Shown here piece after piece: positions 36,758 through 41,322 of a stretch of 41,322 nucleotides of DNA. The number at the start of each line of letters is the position of its first letter. Positions within the stretch are counted from its first letter, which is position 1. The stretch lies in IMG/VR virus record IMGVR_UViG_3300033493_000004, positions 1 through 41,322 of that record, one strand, 5' to 3'. The notes beneath the pieces are model-generated. The model had not been told where the DNA came from and ran no database searches. It was given only the letters and a program-made list of their open reading frames with translations. This DNA is from a virus. Lineage: Duplodnaviria; Caudoviricetes. Position numbers and translations under genes: made by a program.

Positions 36758-36759
36758 CC

Positions 36760-37191
36760 ATGAAGATAACCGCCTGGAAGGATTTAATAGGTGACCACAC
36801 GGCCGTGTGTACAAAACAGATGCAAACTGCGATGTTGGTTAACCCGGATTTACGTGAATACATCATCAAAGGGTTAAAATTTGATTTGTATGAAGCGATT
36901 GAACGCATCCACAAGGAAGCTATCAAAAACGAGGATGTTATTATATTAGGCCCGATTGAAATGAAAGAAACCGATATCGCCGACGGGGTAACTATATTTC
37001 GTGGAATCGCAAGGGTTTATGTTATCCGTGTGTCATACAGACGCGTAATCGACATATTAGAGAAAGTTTTAGATAACGGCAGGTCTGTGGCAATCGTCGG
37101 GGAAATTGATTGGCCTTATGTAAGCGAGCTGCTTGAGGAAATATACTCATTGCGTAAATATGTTTCCGAGCTAGAGGAGAATCAAAAATGA
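36760..37191 (+). CDS. Hypothetical protein
   Basis: Starts 3 nt after the upstream stop; coupled to the next gene. Confidence 0.7.
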   Translation: MKITAWKDLIGDHTAVCTKQMQTAMLVNPDLREYIIKGLKFDLYEAIERIHKEAIKNEDVIILGPIEMKETDIADGVTIFRGIARVYVIRVSYRRVIDILEKVLDNGRSVAIVGEIDWPYVSELLEEIYSLRKYVSELEENQK

Positions 37192-37412
37192 CGTTCGATA
37201 AAGTTTTACCAAAATTGAAAAAGGGAAAATGGGTACGGCGGACTGAGTGGAAAACTGGGTGTGTAGTTACGCTAGACAAACTTTCTGACGCATTTAGTTT
37301 TGGCTCTTTGGGTTTACCTTTGTTTAAATACACAAGTGATGCATTGTCTTACGAGGACATTATGGCAGAGGATTGGTATGTGGTCGCTACATGGGAGGAG
37401 TCGTCATTATGA
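37188..37412 (+). CDS. DUF2829/Tad2-like protein (candidate anti-Thoeris sponge)
   Basis: MTFDKVL..LKKGKWVRRTEW and EDIMAEDWYVV terminal motifs. Confidence 0.75.
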   Translation: MTFDKVLPKLKKGKWVRRTEWKTGCVVTLDKLSDAFSFGSLGLPLFKYTSDALSYEDIMAEDWYVVATWEESSL

Positions 37413-37618
37413 AATGCCAACATATTAACAGAGTCCCGATACTCGCTAATGTTGTCATAGGCGGCGCCTCTATAGGCAACTGTATGGAGGATGCTTTACC
37501 GGGCATGCTGTATTGTGGCGAACATGTGGATAAGGACGCCTTGATATACGCCTACAAAGTAGCATACGAGGAGTTGAAGAAACGCGATCCTGAATTTATA
37601 AAGAGGTGGGAAGTATGA
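37409..37618 (+). CDS. Small hypothetical protein with C..C..YCxxH motif
   Basis: GGAGGAG SD, ATGA coupling. Confidence 0.65.
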   Translation: MKCQHINRVPILANVVIGGASIGNCMEDALPGMLYCGEHVDKDALIYAYKVAYEELKKRDPEFIKRWEV

Positions 37619-37821
37619 CACAAGTAACCAAAGAGTTAGCAGCATTAGCTGACGATGTTCAAGCGGCGATACTAGTCGCACCTAGACACACAAGCCTGTG
37701 GTGTGATGCAGCGATCCAAAGAATCGACAGGATCGTATCCGGCCACGAGGACGAAGAGGAAATACGATTCGCAAAAGAATTGATGGGACGGTTGGTCCGG
37801 CTGAAAGGAAAGCAAAAATGA
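37615..37821 (+). CDS. Hypothetical protein
   Basis: GAGGTG SD, ATGA coupling. Confidence 0.65.
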   Translation: MTQVTKELAALADDVQAAILVAPRHTSLWCDAAIQRIDRIVSGHEDEEEIRFAKELMGRLVRLKGKQK

Positions 37822-38153
37822 CTCAGAATGTTTCAATCACATTGAGCGACGAAATCGCGAGAGCGCAAGAATCTTACCCAGGTTCGTTCAGCGCCTCGAT
37901 GAATCTGATTCTCCGGCGCTATGAGGCCTTGCGGAAGAACTACCGACTTGACCTCGATGACGCGCGATACGCGGAGCTGCAAGAACGACTCCAGGGCCTC
38001 ACGTTGTTGGAGAACCAGACGACGGCCGCGGCATTGATGCCAGCCGCTTTCCTACCGGACCGGCTTGACCTCAATGAGTGGGCGAACCGGCTGTGTTTCG
38101 GTGAACGAATCATGATCCTCGATGAATTGCACCGAAGGAGTGTGAAGAAATGA
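37818..38153 (+). CDS. Possible ribbon-helix-helix regulator
   Basis: NVSITLSDE...SFSASMNLILRRY pattern. Confidence 0.45.
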   Translation: MTQNVSITLSDEIARAQESYPGSFSASMNLILRRYEALRKNYRLDLDDARYAELQERLQGLTLLENQTTAAALMPAAFLPDRLDLNEWANRLCFGERIMILDELHRRSVKK

Positions 38154-38488
38154 GCCCGGAATCATTGAGACGGGATCTAGAAGAAATATTGAAGCGCAAC
38201 CCGGTTTGCGACCAGCAATACTTCAGAGAGGTTGAGGCGTGGTGCGAGGAGTTCGTTGAGAACCATTTAGAGTTTGCTTTGCGAACAGTTGACGCGGAAA
38301 CACTGCTTAAAAAGGCTATCGAACTAATAGAGTGCAACAAAAAAATCATCGACGCGCTCGAAGAGGATACAATCACCGCGATAGTCGAGTATTACCTTGA
38401 ACATGTGGAGCCAGATGAGTTCGCGGAAGTTTTACGAAGACATAGGCAAACGCTCATTGATACGCTTGGCGTAATGCAGGAGAGCTAA
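38150..38488 (+). CDS. Hypothetical protein
   Basis: AAGGAG SD, ATGA coupling; acidic helical sequence. Confidence 0.7.
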   Translation: MSPESLRRDLEEILKRNPVCDQQYFREVEAWCEEFVENHLEFALRTVDAETLLKKAIELIECNKKIIDALEEDTITAIVEYYLEHVEPDEFAEVLRRHRQTLIDTLGVMQES

Positions 38489-38489
38489 A

Positions 38490-38981
38490 ATGAAAGTACA
38501 CATTGAATTCGACACAGAAAACGCTGACGACAAGGCAGCACTCGAACGGTTATTTGTCGAGCCGATCCCTTACGAGGTAACACACTACTTCCCCCCTACG
38601 TTGGAGGAAGAAAAAAGAAAACACGTTACGTGTGGGGGCGGAGAAACATATGGGGCAACGACGCCGTGGAGGGAAGAGGTTCTAGAACCTATTACACACC
38701 TTGAGGTAATCGAACCGGCGAGTATAGTGCAGCCGCCCGTGGTGGCCAATGACTCATATTGTGTGTCGAAGCAGGAGCCAACATACGACTCGATTCCTTT
38801 GGACAAAGTCGACGCGAGACGCAAAGAGCTCCATAGGCTTCTAATCGCATTTCGTGATGCGGACCGGGACCGAGCGAGGAAGTGGGCGCGAGATAATCAA
38901 TGTCTCAACGCGAACAAGGTGCCTGTCGAAAAGATAATGATTTTCATTCGCGATGTTGAAGCGATTATGGGGGGAAAGTAA
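38490..38981 (+). CDS. Hypothetical replication-module protein
   Basis: AGGAG SD; conserved-looking ends with low-complexity middle, usual neighbour of DUF2800. Confidence 0.7.
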   Translation: MKVHIEFDTENADDKAALERLFVEPIPYEVTHYFPPTLEEEKRKHVTCGGGETYGATTPWREEVLEPITHLEVIEPASIVQPPVVANDSYCVSKQEPTYDSIPLDKVDARRKELHRLLIAFRDADRDRARKWARDNQCLNANKVPVEKIMIFIRDVEAIMGGK

Positions 38982-38983
38982 AA

Positions 38984-39250
38984 ATGGACCATCCGTACGA
39001 GATTGGTAAGGGATACTTTATTAGAACCGTGACGTATCACTATACGGGATTGTTGAAAAAAGTATATCCACAAGAGCTTGTTTTAACCGAGGCCGCTTGG
39101 ATTGCAGACGACGGTCGCTTCGCTCAAGCAATGGCCGGGGGTGAATTCAGTGAGGTAGAACCATACCCAGCTGATATTGAGGTCATTATTAACAGGTCCT
39201 CGGTTATAGACGCGTGCAAACGTGAGACACTGCCTAGGAAGCAAAAATGA
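38984..39250 (+). CDS. Small beta-barrel protein, Sm/LSm-like pattern
   Basis: IGKGYFIRTVTYHYTGLLKKV...LVLTEA (Sm1-like) and VIINRSSVID (Sm2-like). Confidence 0.6.
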   Translation: MDHPYEIGKGYFIRTVTYHYTGLLKKVYPQELVLTEAAWIADDGRFAQAMAGGEFSEVEPYPADIEVIINRSSVIDACKRETLPRKQK

Positions 39251-39411
39251 GCACTGTGCTACTTAGAGCCGGATACGAGCGATCATGGTCATGGTCACGG
39301 TCGAAGTCACGATCACGAACATTGATAATGTCACAGTCATTGTCATGGTCAAGGTTATGGATAGGGTCACGATCACGGTCATGGTCGTTGTCAGTGTCAG
39401 GGCCACGTTGA
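39247..39411 (+). CDS. 54-aa Ser-X (SR/SW) dipeptide-repeat peptide (not in ORF track)
   Basis: AGGA SD, ATGA coupling; MSTVLLRAGYERSWSWSRSKSRSRTLIMSQSLSWSRLWIGSRSRSWSLSVSGPR. Confidence 0.65.
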   Translation: MSTVLLRAGYERSWSWSRSKSRSRTLIMSQSLSWSRLWIGSRSRSWSLSVSGPR

Positions 39412-39432
39412 AAAAGAATCAGAGGTGTTAAT

Positions 39433-40527
39433 ATGATATATAGACCAAGCTCAGCACACAGATGGATACGTTGTGCGGGTAACCCGAGACTATCAGCGAT
39501 ATCGGCGGCTTGTAAGCGGAGGGTCACCCCGGTTGAAGCCTCGGAAGGGATTAAGAAGCATGCCTACCTTTCGGCGAGACTGAAAGGAGAAAGTGTTAAG
39601 ACAGACACTGAGACAGAGGAGCTGCTTAAATCACTGTTCGATGTGATAGTTGAGAAGCGAAGGGCCGGCGCGATGCTCTGGTCTGAGGTGAAGTTCTCGA
39701 AGATGTTTGGCGACACGGAAATCTGTGGGACGCCGGATGTAGTGCTTACTACGCCGAAAGAGGCGCTTATCATCGATCTCAAATGGGGTGAAGGTCGAAA
39801 GGTAGAGGCGCTGCACAATGACCAATTAGAGTTGTATGGGCTACTAGTCTACAATAACTTTCCTACTGTTGAGAACGTGAAGCTCGCTATCTATCAACCT
39901 CGTGGCCAAGGAGAAGGATACGTAGAGGTAGACTTCCAGAAGGACGACGCGGATTTTTTCGAGGACCTTGTTATCGAGGCAATCGAAACCGCTACGCAGC
40001 ATCCGAACCAGTACTACACAGGACCTCATTGTTGGGGCTGCGCGGCGCTTGATTGCGGTTTAGGCCCAATCTGCCCGGCTGTACTTGAAATGACCCTTGC
40101 GGCGACATACGCGACTCTGAAAGACGAAGAGCCGAGAGCCGAGAATCTGTCGTCCTTCGCACTGCTAGACTTCGAGGCCCGGGTTCGCGATTACTTTAAG
40201 CGCTTGGGAGATTCCGCTGATTCACGCCTTGCGGCCGGCGACCCAATACCGGGTTGGCAGTGGGCTAGTTACGAAGGGCAAAGCAAGTGGGCGAACGAAG
40301 ACACAGTAGCAGACGAGCTCGCTGAGATATTCGGAACGACGCAAGAGTTTTTTGTAAGGACGCATGAAAAGCCGATGACGATTACTGAGGCACGTAAACT
40401 TTTGAAGACGAGAAAACTTGATGCGAACTCGCTAGATAAATTAATCATTAAGCCCCTGAGACACAGAAGGCGACGAGACACCGGGGAATTCGAGACAGAA
40501 GACCCGGGATTTGACAGCGTCGAATAA
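39433..40527 (+). CDS. DUF2800 Cas4-like PD-(D/E)XK exonuclease
   Basis: PSSAHRWIRC, GTPD, IIDLKWG, QLELYG, IYQPR, GPHCWGC. Confidence 0.88.
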   Translation: MIYRPSSAHRWIRCAGNPRLSAISAACKRRVTPVEASEGIKKHAYLSARLKGESVKTDTETEELLKSLFDVIVEKRRAGAMLWSEVKFSKMFGDTEICGTPDVVLTTPKEALIIDLKWGEGRKVEALHNDQLELYGLLVYNNFPTVENVKLAIYQPRGQGEGYVEVDFQKDDADFFEDLVIEAIETATQHPNQYYTGPHCWGCAALDCGLGPICPAVLEMTLAATYATLKDEEPRAENLSSFALLDFEARVRDYFKRLGDSADSRLAAGDPIPGWQWASYEGQSKWANEDTVADELAEIFGTTQEFFVRTHEKPMTITEARKLLKTRKLDANSLDKLIIKPLRHRRRRDTGEFETEDPGFDSVE

Positions 40528-40549
40528 GACGCAGAAGAGGAATGAAGCC

Positions 40550-41251
40550 ATGAATGAGAAAGAAACATTTGACTACCTTGAAGCAAAGATGAAAAAGGAT
40601 CCAAGTCTGCGAACAGGCACGATCTACGAAGAAGGTAAAAAGGTATCGCTGCTCACGCCGCTTGGGCGATTAACGTTTGTACATACAGCGAAGCCAAAGA
40701 AGTACAATGATGCTGACCCGGACGACAAAGCCCGGTTCAGCGTGACTCTGATTTGGAACGGCAGCGACAAGAAGAAGCCGGGTTACATCGATTCATCAGT
40801 AATGCTTGGGTCGTTTCAGAAATTCTGCAAGGAGAGTAAAATCCTTCCGTTCGTCAAGAACCCCTTCGCCGAGAAGAGCCCCTTCCGGCAAGGGAAGCGA
40901 GTAAGCCTTGAAGGTGTAGAATACGAAGAATTCGAGGAGCACACATTCAGCGCCGCCGCATATAAAGGAGTCCTACAGAAGCCTTACGGCGTCGTTTGCT
41001 ACGGGCCTGGTGGCGACAAGGACATCATAACACCAGACAAAGTCATCGCCGGATGGTATGGCCGAATGAACATCGAGATCTACAAAACCGGAAAAGGCGT
41101 TCCTGTAGCCCTCGGACTTGTCAGCGTTCAAGTCGTCGCGAAAGGTGAGCCGCTGCTTACTTCTCAGCAGAGCATGCCGACCATCGCGGCTGTCGATGAC
41201 GATGAGGACTTGTTTGCTGATGAGACAGACGAAGACCTGTTTGGTGAGTAA
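40550..41251 (+). CDS. DUF2815 (T7 gp2.5-like) single-stranded DNA-binding protein
   Basis: GRLTFVH, FSVTL, AGWYGR, LGLVSVQVV.KGEPL and acidic tail DDDEDLF. Confidence 0.85.
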   Translation: MNEKETFDYLEAKMKKDPSLRTGTIYEEGKKVSLLTPLGRLTFVHTAKPKKYNDADPDDKARFSVTLIWNGSDKKKPGYIDSSVMLGSFQKFCKESKILPFVKNPFAEKSPFRQGKRVSLEGVEYEEFEEHTFSAAAYKGVLQKPYGVVCYGPGGDKDIITPDKVIAGWYGRMNIEIYKTGKGVPVALGLVSVQVVAKGEPLLTSQQSMPTIAAVDDDEDLFADETDEDLFGE

Positions 41252-41322
41252 GACTCTTAGGCCTCACGACTCTATACGTAGTCGTGAGGCCGCTAGAGGA
41301 GGTACTCAGGATGTTTTGGTCT
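41174..41322 (+). repeat. Terminal direct repeat, right copy (circular overlap)
   Basis: Matches 1-148; this copy keeps the SSB reading frame intact. Confidence 0.95.

Larger units (their letters stand above)
1..41322. mobile_element. Complete circularly assembled tailed dsDNA phage genome (siphovirus-like)
   Basis: Terminal sequence overlap; terminase, portal, capsid, tail tube, tape measure and replication modules all present; no host housekeeping genes. Confidence 0.95.

Noticed and set aside
35345-39250. Recurring GGAG..AAAATGA motif at early gene junctions as a mobile repeat
   Set aside because: Explained by SD plus ATGA translational coupling
39234-39527. Minus-strand Asp/His/Arg repeat ORF
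   Set aside because: Antisense shadow of the Ser-X repeat; the + frame has the SD, the ATGA coupling and the operon direction
39433-40527. Cas4 as evidence of a CRISPR-Cas system
   Set aside because: It is the DUF2800 phage nuclease in its usual SSB-PolA context; no other cas genes or array
1-41322. tRNA, rRNA, integrase or attachment site
   Set aside because: None recognised by eye; intergenic gaps are few and short, but a covariance-model scan was not possible

Overview
The window looks like a complete, circularly assembled genome (about 41.2 kb) of a tailed dsDNA phage, probably a siphovirus. Positions 1-148 repeat 41174-41322 with a 1-bp indel. Transcription diverges once, at about 34710-34915, and converges once, at 8796-8799. 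The + arm (34915 to the end, wrapping to 8799) carries small early genes, including a Tad2/DUF2829-like anti-defence candidate and an Sm-like protein coupled to an unannotated Ser-X dipeptide-repeat peptide. It continues with a DUF2800 nuclease, DUF2815 SSB, family A DNA polymerase, VRR-NUC, SNF2 helicase, several tandem paralogue arrays, an SLT lytic transglycosylase and a Cys-rich lipoprotein. The - arm (34709 to 8796) carries a primase/VirE helicase, an iteron-rich putative origin, terminase, portal, head, tail and holin-like genes, with a clear -1 frameshift site in the tail chaperone. The most unusual element is an accessory cassette between the capsid and neck genes. It encodes two Maf/GT42-like putative glycosyltransferases, a YkgJ/FliB-family CxxCxxCC protein and a Ser/Thr-rich PKD-LRR protein, which suggests flagellin-style post-translational modification of the virion or of a host surface structure. 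No integrase, tRNA, rRNA or CRISPR array was recognised. All family calls come from reading motifs and gene order by eye; no searches were run.
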